Shown: positions 19,801 through 28,987 of the stretch, piece after piece
How positions within the stretch are numbered: position 1 is the first letter of the stretch
How the letters are laid out: each line of letters opens with the position of its first letter
Origin: an uncultured Eubacteriales bacterium
GTDB lineage: Bacteria > Bacillota_I > Bacilli_A > RF39 > UBA660
Direction: 5' to 3'
Length of the DNA stretch: 64,000 nt
NCBI GenBank assembly: GCA_905188025.1
Contig: CAJJKI010000001.1
Coordinates: forward strand, 86,615-150,614
Translations under genes and position numbers: made by a program
Notes under the pieces: model-generated
What the model was told of the DNA's origin: nothing
Seen by the model: only the letters and a program-made list of their open reading frames with translations
Database searches by the model: none

Positions 19801-21467
19801 TGTAAATTTAAATAATATCCTTTTGAATCAACTTTTGTTCCATATACTACATTATCTACTTTAATTGATTCAAATGCTACATTACTATTGTCTTTATAAT
19901 AATTAACTGTATAACTAAATTTCTTTAAAGTATATAAAACTTTAATCACAGTCTCATCATCAGTATTAGTAATAGTAATACTTTCTGGATCAATACTATT
20001 AAATTCATATCCTGCACCAGCTTTATTTAAATATTTATCTTTGTCTACATTATTTATATCAATAACTGTTCCCGCTGGAGCTGTTCTCTCATCACTTGCT
20101 ATTCTATTATTATCATCACTAGTACTATCTTTATAATAATTAACTATATACTTATATTCTCTTTGTTTCCAATAAACATAAGGATCCTTATCACTATTTA
20201 TCTCTTGTTCTACTCCATCATTATCAGTATATATTAATTTAAATCCTTCATTAGTAGGATACCATCCAGTTTCAGTATCTGGATCAATCTCTATATTAAA
20301 TGTATAAGTAAGTGTATTTTTAGTAATCTTTTCAATTACTTCTCCTTGATAAACATTATCTTTTTCATTATAACTGCCATTATCACTAACATTTTCTACT
20401 AGTTTAAACTTACTACCAATATTATCTATCAAAGTAGCATTCTTTCCAGGAACAATCATTTCTTTTGCCAAATCACTAAATACTTTTACTATTTCACTCT
20501 CATTACTAGCACTATAATAATTATCATTACTACTTGCTACTAATTCAAGTACTTCTTTAGTTTTAATATTCCTATAATCTACTCCTTTATAAGAATAATT
20601 TTCATTTAAAGCTATATCATTTTCATTAATTCCATATCCTATAGAGAATATTGTTATTCCACTATTCTTAAGACTATCTGCTTCTTTAAATGTTGCATTT
20701 AAAATACTACTACTTGTAGCAGAACCAGTTCCTTCTACACTAGTATGTTCTCTACCATCTCTACCAGTATAAGTATAATTATAATATGTTGGCTTTCCAT
20801 CACTCATAACTACTACATATTTTAGTGCTGTAGCCTTATCTTCTTCTGGAATAGTACTAAAATATTCTCCAGCTTTAACTAACCCATCATGTAAATTGGT
20901 TCCCTCGTTAGGTTCACCAAAATTGCTATCAACAAACCCTTCATGTTTAAAATCACGATCTTTAGTAGCAGTATCAGCAAATGTTACTAGAGCTACCTTT
21001 GCATTCTTTAATCCAGTTTCATCATTGATTAAAGAATTAGCAAATGTTTTAGCACCTTTTACTGCATTATTCCATTTTTCCATGTTATAGCAGCCATTTC
21101 TTTTACAATCACCCATACTACCAGATCTATCAAATACTACTACAACATATACTGGTTTCTCTTGTGGAGTTTCCTTTCCTTTAATTTCAAATTCAACTTG
21201 ATATTTACCATTACTAGCATCTATTGCTGTAACAGTTTTCTTGACTGAAATGTCATTATTTTTAGAATTTACTTCCGTACTAACACTATTATTACTAGAT
21301 ATTTCTCCATCAAGTCCTAACTTAATAGATCCTACAGGTATCTCACTATCATTATTTGCTAATTCTGCTGCAAATACCTGTATTGGAGCTTGAAAACTAG
21401 AAAAAATCATACTAATAAGCATCAATATCTTTGTAAATTTTTCCAAAAATCTTTTCATTTTCTTCAT
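16896..21467 (-). CDS. cell-wall-anchored adhesin: signal peptide, vWFA domain, YxVNYY repeats, 4 x (Ig-like + MucBP-like) modules, PPQTG sorting signal
   Basis: MIDAS VVVVFDRSGSM. Repeated VxxYVDExxxxL...GxxYxTxxKxIxGYTLKE...YTKN modules. C-terminus PLPPQTG + hydrophobic helix + KKRI. Confidence 0.85.
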   Translation of the reverse strand: MKKMKRFLEKFTKILMLISMIFSSFQAPIQVFAAELANNDSEIPVGSIKLGLDGEISSNNSVSTEVNSKNNDISVKKTVTAIDASNGKYQVEFEIKGKETPQEKPVYVVVVFDRSGSMGDCKRNGCYNMEKWNNAVKGAKTFANSLINDETGLKNAKVALVTFADTATKDRDFKHEGFVDSNFGEPNEGTNLHDGLVKAGEYFSTIPEEDKATALKYVVVMSDGKPTYYNYTYTGRDGREHTSVEGTGSATSSSILNATFKEADSLKNSGITIFSIGYGINENDIALNENYSYKGVDYRNIKTKEVLELVASSNDNYYSASNESEIVKVFSDLAKEMIVPGKNATLIDNIGSKFKLVENVSDNGSYNEKDNVYQGEVIEKITKNTLTYTFNIEIDPDTETGWYPTNEGFKLIYTDNDGVEQEINSDKDPYVYWKQREYKYIVNYYKDSTSDDNNRIASDERTAPAGTVIDINNVDKDKYLNKAGAGYEFNSIDPESITITNTDDETVIKVLYTLKKFSYTVNYYKDNSNVAFESIKVDNVVYGTKVDSKGYYLNLQDNSIIEKYELKGYKLDDIKSDKNIVTIDSDNKVINVYYIKDMFKFTVNYYFDNNQDTELTEEGTKEYGSTIKASEYHLKEEVLNNKGNYFLDPDKNAYNYQEKKIGTNPDENDLNIYYIKTEIPYGKESIKKTTTNNEIIIDSKTVVNYTVNYEAVVNNVRKDDKITVTIVDTLPAKIDTNNKSTKLNDGVYDGNNKVTWIKEITVEEDFVKEYTVSETVNYSVVYVDYADISASDNNKLTNTVHGNVMVKNINTNGVEDSTEVEVNIQGNLTVKHVDENGKDLLEPVLTTKAVGTTYNETKKEIYGYTFKEDTGNTNGKYIEGTTEVVFTYTKNDGTVTENSVVKTGPKDITSVNGVFNYTLTYKGEIKDYKGTAKLTLVDRLPYELDDNSTYEGCTYNVQDKTLTCEKEFTISENNTKVEASFALSLKFKNIDSDKITNKVESKLEYGKNTSEGKDETETEVFKGTVIARYLDEDKKEIAPEVSNTGLGGSEYTTHEKEIYGYTLKEMPVNKNGKYAAKETIYVDYIYTKNDGTVSETVTSKTQIKEISGINSEFEYVLSYNGKIEDYVGSATIKLTDKLPYTVKEIKYDENACSFNKDTNTLTCFKTVKIDEKNNLVNAEFHVIVKYLGLTSETDLTVKNIVNAELTYGNNKENSNDSVEDVIKASKVTAIYVDEANNTLADSEETTGLIDSEYTTHEKSILGYTLKEMPVNKNGVYTEEDIIVKYVYTKNIGTSEEEVQKIGLEEVSSINEAFIYTITYNAVIKDYVGDVKLVIKDVLPYEIDVEKSIIDTNNNIACKYINSMIVCEYNKTINSEEDNTIEVVINLELYFKNVDKEMVINKVEAMLTYGDTEKPSKDETGTKVLKGTVIVNYVTEDGEELAPSEEMTGLVGSEYKANKKAFDKYYLKEVKGNETGEYMEETQEVTYVYSLIPLPPQTGYEGNNTNNIGLFILGIVMLLFKKRI

Positions 21468-21529
21468 TTTATTAAATCCTCCCTATAAGTATTATCTGAA
21501 TAACTACATTTTACTCCAGATGACTTACT

Positions 21530-21558
21530 ATTATAACTGTACAAACAAATCTTGTCAA
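21530..21558 (-). promoter_or_regulatory. consensus promoter TTGACA-17-TATAAT for the adhesin gene
   Basis: Minus strand: -35 at 21553-21558, -10 at 21530-21535. Confidence 0.65.
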
Positions 21559-21731
21559 TCAAATTTACACTTTTTATGCCATTAAACCTCCTTTTCTATA
21601 AATTTTATTTCCAACTAATAATATTATGTTAATAAATAATTATATTTATACAAAAATTACCATATATCCTAAAAAAAATATCAATCTTTTTACTTCTTAA
21701 TATCATTCTCTATAATTAATTATTATCAAAC

Positions 21732-21757
21732 TAAAAAAAGACATATTTCTATGTCTC
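21732..21757 (-). terminator. intrinsic terminator
   Basis: Minus strand: AGACATA-gaaa-TATGTCT followed by T7, just downstream of the stop at 21765. Confidence 0.55.
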
Positions 21758-21764
21758 TTTATAT

Positions 21765-22607
21765 CTATACTCTATTAAAATAATTAAATAAATATATTAC
21801 TATTATAGCTACTAAAGATATTCCAAATATTAGCATCAATATCTTAAAGAAAAACTTTCTATTCCCCTTATCTTCCTGAAAATCATCATTATTATCTTCT
21901 TCATCATACTGTTCACTTATATTATCAGCTTTCTTATCTTCAAAATCTTTCTTACTAAATTTATAAGTACTACTATAAAAGTCACTATCTTTATTACCCT
22001 TATCTATTATCCATTCATCTTCTTTAATTGGAGGACTAACTGTAGTTTTTTCATTATCACTCTTTAAATCAGATAATATTTCTAAAGATAAATTAGCTGT
22101 CTTAAGTAAATTATCATTCTCTTCTTCATCCATAGTTTCTTTTCTTATCTCATCATACATTTCTTTTACTTGCTCTATATTAGTTCTATTATCATCTAAT
22201 TTAAGTCTCTTTAAATAATCTTCATTAGTCAAAGTAGGAATAATCTCTTCATCATCTTTTTTAGTACCTACTGCTTTATTCAAAAGTTCCTTAATATCAT
22301 ATATTTCATTCTCTTGCCTTTGCTGCTCCTGAATCATTTCTTTTCTAGCTACTTTATTATTACTAGGAGTAGCACTAGGTCTAATAATATCCTTATACTC
22401 CTGCATCATTTGATATTCACTTCTACTAGTAATCTCTTCTTTAAGTTCCATTGGAGTTATCTCTTTAGCATTAGAAGGAACAATCAAATTTTCAAATCCA
22501 TCATAAGCATCATATACCTGTCTATATAATTGCTTATACTTATCACTTCTTGTAGGTATATCTTCATTAGTTACTTCTTCTTTATATTTATCCATTCTAC
22601 TATTCAT
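21765..22607 (-). CDS. hypothetical acidic protein with a C-terminal TM anchor
   Basis: 280-aa ORF rich in D/E/K, with a single C-terminal hydrophobic helix (FFFKILMLIFGISLVAIIVIYLF). Confidence 0.5.
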   Translation of the reverse strand: MNSRMDKYKEEVTNEDIPTRSDKYKQLYRQVYDAYDGFENLIVPSNAKEITPMELKEEITSRSEYQMMQEYKDIIRPSATPSNNKVARKEMIQEQQRQENEIYDIKELLNKAVGTKKDDEEIIPTLTNEDYLKRLKLDDNRTNIEQVKEMYDEIRKETMDEEENDNLLKTANLSLEILSDLKSDNEKTTVSPPIKEDEWIIDKGNKDSDFYSSTYKFSKKDFEDKKADNISEQYDEEDNNDDFQEDKGNRKFFFKILMLIFGISLVAIIVIYLFNYFNRV

Positions 22608-22668
22608 AAAAGCACCTTCTATTTAATAATATAATACCATATATTTCTCATAAATAAAATAATTTTTA

Positions 22669-22697
22669 TTGATTTTTTTACTTTTTACACTTATAAT
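22669..22697 (+). promoter_or_regulatory. promoter TTGATT-17-TATAAT for the ferredoxin gene
   Basis: -35 at 22669-22674, -10 at 22692-22697; SD GAAGGAAGG precedes ATG 22721. Confidence 0.6.
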
Positions 22698-22720
22698 TAT
22701 TAAAGAAGGAAGGTAAAAAA

Positions 22721-22918
22721 ATGAAAGTAAAAGTTTTAGAAGACAAATGTATTGGATGCGGTAATTGCGTAGCTTTATCAGAAAGTCAAATATTTGATTT
22801 TAGTGATGCTGGTCTAGCTGAATGTATTGCTAATCCTGTACCTAAAGATTTAGAAGATACTGCCAAAGATGCTATTGAACAATGCCCTACTGGTGCTATT
22901 GAAGAAATAAATGAATAA
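22721..22918 (+). CDS. small single-cluster ferredoxin
   Basis: 65 aa, CIGCGNC...CP cluster ligands. Confidence 0.8.
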   Translation: MKVKVLEDKCIGCGNCVALSESQIFDFSDAGLAECIANPVPKDLEDTAKDAIEQCPTGAIEEINE

Positions 22919-22923
22919 TTAAA

Positions 22924-22948
22924 AGAGCTTACCATAGCTCTATTTTTT
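22924..22948 (+). terminator. terminator shared by the convergent ferredoxin and nth genes
   Basis: AGAGCT-loop-AGCTCT followed by ATTTTTT; overlaps the nth stop codon. Confidence 0.5.
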
Positions 22949-23560
22949 ATACTTACATATTTCATTTAATTCACAATCTTCACATAGTGGACTAACTGCC
23001 TTACAGTAATATCTTCCAAATAATACTAATTGATGATGTGTTTTACTCCATCTATCTTTTGGAATAACCTTCTCTAGTTTCTTCTCAATTACCTTAACAT
23101 TATCCTGATCACAAGCCACTCCCAGTCTCCTACTAACTCTAGCTACATGCGTATCTACCGCTATTGCCGGTTCATTATAAATATTAGCTAAAAATACATT
23201 AGCACTCTTGTGTCCTACACCAGGTAACTTCTCAATATAGTCTCTATCATTAGGAACATAATCATACCCATCATCCCTTAACTTCTTAGTTATCTCATGT
23301 ACATACATACTCTTTCTCTTATATGTCCCTATCTCTCTAATAATATTCTCTATATCATCTATTGGTGCTTCACTAAGCTCTTTAATACCAGGATACTTCT
23401 TAAATAATACACTAGTTACTTTATTAACTCTCTTATCAGTAGTCTGCGCACTAAGCATTACTGCTATTAATAATTCATAATCATGTTCATAATTAAGTTC
23501 GCACTTAGGACTAGGAAATAACTTATCTAAATAATCCCATATCTTCTTCCTATCTTTCAT
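22940..23560 (-). CDS. nth: endonuclease III
   Basis: HhH-GPD motif (LPGVGHKSANV...DTHV) and C-terminal Fe-S ligands CxxxxxxCxxCxxxxxC. Confidence 0.9.
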   Translation of the reverse strand: MKDRKKIWDYLDKLFPSPKCELNYEHDYELLIAVMLSAQTTDKRVNKVTSVLFKKYPGIKELSEAPIDDIENIIREIGTYKRKSMYVHEITKKLRDDGYDYVPNDRDYIEKLPGVGHKSANVFLANIYNEPAIAVDTHVARVSRRLGVACDQDNVKVIEKKLEKVIPKDRWSKTHHQLVLFGRYYCKAVSPLCEDCELNEICKYKK

Positions 23561-24194
23561 TTAACCAATCAGTATCATACACCGATACCTTTCCTTTCTT
23601 ACTACGATAAGTCTCTCTATCACGAGTAATATCTGCTCTATTCTTATATCCTTTCTTTCTCCATTCATTTAAAATACTATCTATATATCTTAAATTACTA
23701 ACTCCGTTCAAAACAGCCTCTCTAAGAGCATATATAATCATCTCTTCACTATTACCACTAGTTATCCATTCCTTAATCTGCTCATATTCCATTGGTGATA
23801 AAGTTCTTCCAAGTTCTGTCTCAAACGTATCAAAAACACTAGTATCTATCTTCTTCTTCTCTTCATTAGGAGCTATAACTAAATTAAATAACTTTTCATA
23901 TAATAAATCTAAAGATAAATATTCATATGCTTTCTTATCAATCTTTTCCACTTCAAAAGATATAATATTCTTCTGTACTAAACTATTAACAACTTCCATT
24001 ATCTCATGTTTCTTCCATCCACTAGTCTTTGCAAACTCTTCCGGATTATATATCACTTTATCACCCAAAGATAACAGTATCATAATAATAACTAACTCTG
24101 TATCACTAATATTTAATTTCCTATAATTACTAAAAAGTATCCTAGGAATAACTATTGGTTTATCTTTAATAAGTTCTATTACCTTCTCTTCCAT
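23550..24194 (-). CDS. dnaD: DnaD-domain replication initiation / membrane attachment protein
   Basis: C-terminal DnaD/DnaB_2 domain (LSPMEYEQIKEW...LRYIDSILNEWRKKG) in the conserved dnaD-nth pairing. Start re-set to ATG 24194 after GGAGGT. Confidence 0.8.
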   Translation of the reverse strand: MEEKVIELIKDKPIVIPRILFSNYRKLNISDTELVIIMILLSLGDKVIYNPEEFAKTSGWKKHEIMEVVNSLVQKNIISFEVEKIDKKAYEYLSLDLLYEKLFNLVIAPNEEKKKIDTSVFDTFETELGRTLSPMEYEQIKEWITSGNSEEMIIYALREAVLNGVSNLRYIDSILNEWRKKGYKNRADITRDRETYRSKKGKVSVYDTDWLNER

Positions 24195-24195
24195 A

Positions 24196-24576
24196 TTAAC
24201 CTCCAATATCTATCTCCTTAGCTAATTTATAACTATATATATCATAGTACCTATACTTACCCCCATCATCATCTAGATACATAAACAATTCATTATCATA
24301 TATAATATCATACTTTTCACTATTTTCATATAATAAAATCTTATCTATTTCACTAACTATCTTATATTCCTTATTAATAGCATACAAATACTTATCATTA
24401 AGTACAATATAATAATCCCCATATCTATTCACATAACTAATATTCTTAATATCAGTCTTATCCATTATTATCTTATAATTATTCTTATCATACTTATTAT
24501 CTATCTTAACTACTAATAATATTAATATAAATAAACTTATCATAATACTTATAAATATCTTTATCATTTTCTTCAT
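24196..24576 (-). CDS. hypothetical membrane-anchored protein
   Basis: N-terminal TM helix; Y/D/K-rich ectodomain; stop abuts the dnaD start. Confidence 0.45.
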   Translation of the reverse strand: MKKMIKIFISIMISLFILILLVVKIDNKYDKNNYKIIMDKTDIKNISYVNRYGDYYIVLNDKYLYAINKEYKIVSEIDKILLYENSEKYDIIYDNELFMYLDDDGGKYRYYDIYSYKLAKEIDIGG

Positions 24577-24652
24577 AACTCATCAACTAAATTATATCAC
24601 AATTACCCATATATATAAAGAAAAAGAGCCTATTATTAGACTCTATTTATTA

Positions 24653-25693
24653 TTATTTAGATAATACTTTACACTCTTCACTACCAAATACTCTTAAAAT
24701 ATCAGATACATATTTTTCAGATGTAATTAATTGATCAAGCATACTTCTATTACTATCATTTAAAGTAATATCTCTCTCTTTATCCATTGCATCAAATAGC
24801 ATTAAATATGTTGCCATTGAGAAACCTACACCGTCATCTAATTTAGATAACTTACCACTACTTAATAAATCAAATAATTCTTCCATAGTAGCATTAACTT
24901 TCTCATTATCTCCTTGTGATTTAACTATTGTATTAACATATTTTTCTACTTTGATCATTAAATCTTTTTGTTCTCCAAAAATACTATCACTAACTAAGAT
25001 AAATCCTTCAGTAGTACTATTTCTAGCTATTTTTAAATCATACATAGCAATAGCAGCACAAACCTTACCAAAGTCATTTAATACTTCAACGTCAGCTCTA
25101 TCACCAACTACACTACCTATAATAGCCTTATTATCTTCAGCTAATTTATCACTATTAGTACCCATTACATAAGTAATAACATCCTTCTCATTAACTGGAA
25201 TTTCTTTATCAGCTAACTCCTTAATTCTTAAAGCACATAACTCTTCAAACTTCTCATCAGTTAATTCTTCATAATCATATGTAATTATATCCTCAACTTC
25301 TTCAGGAGTCATTGTATCACTAACCATAGGACTAGCTACTGGCATAGTTTGAACTTTACCAGCATAAGACTTTCTAGTTAAAGCATATACTACTGATCCA
25401 GTTAATATTGAACCAGCTAATACTAAAGCAGTTATTCTAGCAGCTCCACTATTATTCTTACTTCTTTTATTTGTTTTTACATTATCACTTAATCCCATTT
25501 CAGCATACAATTCTTCAGCTTCCGCATATTTAGCTCTCGCTTCTTCAGCTTTTCTTCTATTTTCTCTAACTTTATTAGTATTCTCTTCAGCCATTTTTCT
25601 AGCTTCTTCAGCTTTTCTAATCATTTCTTCATTTTTTTGTTCTTGATCATTTAATTCATTGATCATTCTATCTAAATCATCTAATCTACTCAT
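24653..25693 (-). CDS. hypothetical coiled-coil / single-TM protein
   Basis: N-terminal EEARK-type coiled coil, TM helix (ITALVLAGSILTGSVVYAL), globular C-terminal part. Confidence 0.5.
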   Translation of the reverse strand: MSRLDDLDRMINELNDQEQKNEEMIRKAEEARKMAEENTNKVRENRRKAEEARAKYAEAEELYAEMGLSDNVKTNKRSKNNSGAARITALVLAGSILTGSVVYALTRKSYAGKVQTMPVASPMVSDTMTPEEVEDIITYDYEELTDEKFEELCALRIKELADKEIPVNEKDVITYVMGTNSDKLAEDNKAIIGSVVGDRADVEVLNDFGKVCAAIAMYDLKIARNSTTEGFILVSDSIFGEQKDLMIKVEKYVNTIVKSQGDNEKVNATMEELFDLLSSGKLSKLDDGVGFSMATYLMLFDAMDKERDITLNDSNRSMLDQLITSEKYVSDILRVFGSEECKVLSK

Positions 25694-25713
25694 TATATTT
25701 CCCCCCTTACTAA

Positions 25714-27264
25714 CTATCTAGTTCTTCCTGTTAATACATAACCAGCATCTAATAATGTTTTATCTTCTTTAGATTTACTCCATTTATAATCTACTGTTCC
25801 ACCAATATATTCTCTAATTCTATAACGATAATATGTCACATCTCTAGTACCAGTTACCTTAATAACTGAAGCTACTGATCTGTAGCATTGACTCTTATCA
25901 TTAGTAAAGTTATATCCAGCTGGACAACTCTTAATAATATCAGCTGTCTTAGTAACAGTTGTTTTCTTAACACAAGTATTTCCTGATTGATTATATCCAC
26001 TTGGGCATCCTACAGTAGTCTTAGTAGTACTTGTACTTGTCTTTACACAGTTACTTCCTGACTTACTATATCCACTTGGACAACTTACTAAGTCTGTCTT
26101 AACTAATTTAACTTGACTATAAGCTACACAAGTATTATTTGATTCTACACTACCACTTGGACATGTTGTATTACTAGTAGTATATTCATACTTATAAGTA
26201 TAAACTGGTTTCATACCACAACCACCATTACAATCATATACATAATCTATTGAAGCCACAACTCTCTTACTATATTTACAAATTAATCCATCCTGAGCAT
26301 AGAAGTTATAACCTTCATAAGTACTTGGACATGCATTAGCACTAACTGTAGTACTTACTGTTTTAACATAATTACATGTAAATCCATCTTGACTTACTAA
26401 AGTATAGCCATCATAAGTACTTGGACATGCATTAGGTCCCTTAGTAACAGTTGTATTCTTTTTATAGTTACATGTAAATCCATTCTGACTTACTAAAGTA
26501 TAACCATTGTATTCTTTAGCACAAGCATTAGGTTTAGTGTAAGTTTCTTTAGTCTCATACTTAACACACTTACCATCACTAGTCTTATTGTATCCACTTG
26601 GACAACTTGTCTCAAATGATACATATTCATTTTCATAAATTGTCTTATCATATGAATATTCTTCTTTAACTTTTTTAGTCTCTACCTCACGGTATTCAGT
26701 CTTAGATATTCCTACTCTAGACCATTCAGACCAATTACCCCAGTCACTCCATTTACCACCAGTAGTCTTTTTATATTCATATTCAACTTCTTTAGCAGTA
26801 TCTGTAGGAGTTCTTCTCTCACAAATATCGCTTTCACAATAAGTATAGCATCCCATGATTACTATAATATAATCACTTTCTTCACCACACTCTAAGTATA
26901 CTTTCATCTGGTATTCATTATCCATTTTTTCAATAGATACATATGAATTAGTAGCAGAACAAGCATTTCCATACTTATCTTTTATCTCTAGAATTAGCTT
27001 CTCATCATACATTTTAGCAAGTGATATACTCTTAACTTCTCCTACCTTTTGAGGTAACCTATCATCAGTAAAATATCCCTTACCAGCTTCTTTCATTCTA
27101 TCGATATTCTCTGCAAAAATATTATCTGTAAGCACATCGAGTGAATTACTAATACCCTTATTAGATAAAGATAATAACCATACTGTAAATAATACAAAAA
27201 TAATTATTATAATACCCTTAATAAAGAAATTAGTCCAACTAAATCTTCTATTTTCTTCGTACAT
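25714..27264 (-). CDS. membrane-anchored Cys-rich repeat protein (CPSGY-x-C modules, WSxW ladder)
   Basis: Start re-set to ATG 27264 after AAGGGGGA. TM helix; KWSDWGNWSEWS motif; about 8 Cys-pair modules (NACPSTYDGYTLVSQDGFTCNY, CPSGYSKSGSNCVK...). Confidence 0.6.
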   Translation of the reverse strand: MYEENRRFSWTNFFIKGIIIIIFVLFTVWLLSLSNKGISNSLDVLTDNIFAENIDRMKEAGKGYFTDDRLPQKVGEVKSISLAKMYDEKLILEIKDKYGNACSATNSYVSIEKMDNEYQMKVYLECGEESDYIIVIMGCYTYCESDICERRTPTDTAKEVEYEYKKTTGGKWSDWGNWSEWSRVGISKTEYREVETKKVKEEYSYDKTIYENEYVSFETSCPSGYNKTSDGKCVKYETKETYTKPNACAKEYNGYTLVSQNGFTCNYKKNTTVTKGPNACPSTYDGYTLVSQDGFTCNYVKTVSTTVSANACPSTYEGYNFYAQDGLICKYSKRVVASIDYVYDCNGGCGMKPVYTYKYEYTTSNTTCPSGSVESNNTCVAYSQVKLVKTDLVSCPSGYSKSGSNCVKTSTSTTKTTVGCPSGYNQSGNTCVKKTTVTKTADIIKSCPAGYNFTNDKSQCYRSVASVIKVTGTRDVTYYRYRIREYIGGTVDYKWSKSKEDKTLLDAGYVLTGRTR

Positions 27265-27295
27265 AATTATTCCCCCTTCAAAGAAATCGACATTT

Positions 27296-27324
27296 ATAAT
27301 AACATAAACTTTATATTTTGTCAA
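27296..27324 (-). promoter_or_regulatory. promoter TTGACA-17-TATTAT
   Basis: Minus strand: -35 at 27319-27324, -10 at 27296-27301. Lies inside the over-extended track ORF. Confidence 0.6.
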
Positions 27325-27523
27325 TTTTTTTAGAACATTTATTTGATATTTCTTTTTTATATAGTTTTTTTACCTAAAGGTTGTGTTAAACATAATAACT
27401 GATAAGTGTTACAATATTAATTTATTTTAACAATCATAGGATAATTTGTTTCAAATTATTTTAAAATTTACTAAATATTCTAATATAAATATTTATCAGT
27501 CACAAAGTATAACAAAACTTACC

Positions 27524-27553
27524 TAAAAAGAAGTATGCCATATAACATACTTC
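27524..27553 (-). terminator. intrinsic terminator after gatB
   Basis: Minus strand: GAAGTATG-loop-CATACTTC followed by TTTTT. Confidence 0.6.
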
Positions 27554-27559
27554 CATCAT

Positions 27560-28987
27560 CTATTTATCTAATTCTTCCTTTAGTATTTTAGAAGCCATCG
27601 TTGGATTAACTCTTCCTCTAGTCTTCTTCATAATTTGTCCTATAAAGTAATCAAATACTCTCTTACCATTCTTATAGTCTTCTACCAAAGACATATTCTC
27701 GCTTATTACTTCTAATACTATTTTTCTAATCTCATCCAAAGAAGTAATCTGTGATATACCTAATTCTTCTACTATCACCTTAGGCTCTTTACCAGTATCA
27801 AGTACCTTCTCTAATACTTCTTTTCCTTGTTTAGAAGATATACTTCCATTATCAATTAAATTAATTAAATCTACTAGCATCTTTGGACTCATCTTAAGAT
27901 CATCAATAGTTTGACTACATCTATTCAAGTATCCTAACACATTACCTGTAATCCAATTAGATACCTTAACTGGGTTTCCTCCTAAACTAAGACATTCTTC
28001 ATAATAATCAGATATCTTTTTATCCCTTACAATAGTATATGCATCCTTTTCATTAATAGAATATTCTTTAGTATAAGTACTAAATCTCTCATTATGTAGC
28101 TTAGGAATACTTCCTCTTATTTCTTCTATCCATTCACGTTCTATCTTAATAGGAGGTAAATTAGGATCAGTAAAATATCTATAATCAATAGCATCTTCCT
28201 TACTTCTCATAAGGAAAGTCTCTCCTAAAGTCTCATCAAATCTTCTAGTCTCCTGAAGCACTTTCTCTCCTCTATTAAGAATCTCTGTCTGTCTCTTAAC
28301 CTCACTAATAATAGCTTCCTTAACACTACTAAATGAATTAATATTCTTCATCTCTACCTTAGTACCAAGTTCCGTATCTCCTTCACGCATCAAAGAAACA
28401 TTAACGTCGCATCTAATTTGTCCACGATCACTTCTTGCATATGAAGTATCACAATACAAAAATATACTTCTAAGTCCTTCAAGAAAGGCTACTGCCTCAT
28501 CAGCTGAATTAAGACAAGGCTCAGTAACCGTCTCAAGTAACGGAACTCCGCATCTATTGTAATCAATTAAAGAATATGTATTATAATGATCCAAACTAGC
28601 CGTATCCTCTTCCAAATGAGTATCATGTATAAGTACTTTCTTATCTTCTCCATTAACATTAATCATAACATATCCATTAGTACCAATCGGATGCTTAAAC
28701 TGAGTTATCTGATATCCCTTAGGTAAATCTGGATAAAAATAATTCTTTCTCTCAAAAGTTAAATATTCAGGTACCTCACAATGCATTGCAAGAGCCATTT
28801 TAATAGAATTCTTAACAGCTTCTTTATTAACTACTGGTAATATTCCTGGCATACCCAAATCTACTACTGACACATTACTATTAGGTATTGTTGAATAACT
28901 ATTTCTTGATCTTGAAAAATTCTTACTATTAGATTTTAACTCACAGTGTACTTCAAGTCCAATAACTGTCTTATACATTTTCTTCAC
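27560..28987 (-). CDS. gatB: Asp/Glu-tRNA(Asn/Gln) amidotransferase subunit B
   Basis: VIGLEVHCEL, NRCGVPLLE, RCDVNVS and C-terminal YqeY-like motifs. Confidence 0.95.
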   Translation of the reverse strand: MKKMYKTVIGLEVHCELKSNSKNFSRSRNSYSTIPNSNVSVVDLGMPGILPVVNKEAVKNSIKMALAMHCEVPEYLTFERKNYFYPDLPKGYQITQFKHPIGTNGYVMINVNGEDKKVLIHDTHLEEDTASLDHYNTYSLIDYNRCGVPLLETVTEPCLNSADEAVAFLEGLRSIFLYCDTSYARSDRGQIRCDVNVSLMREGDTELGTKVEMKNINSFSSVKEAIISEVKRQTEILNRGEKVLQETRRFDETLGETFLMRSKEDAIDYRYFTDPNLPPIKIEREWIEEIRGSIPKLHNERFSTYTKEYSINEKDAYTIVRDKKISDYYEECLSLGGNPVKVSNWITGNVLGYLNRCSQTIDDLKMSPKMLVDLINLIDNGSISSKQGKEVLEKVLDTGKEPKVIVEELGISQITSLDEIRKIVLEVISENMSLVEDYKNGKRVFDYFIGQIMKKTRGRVNPTMASKILKEELDK

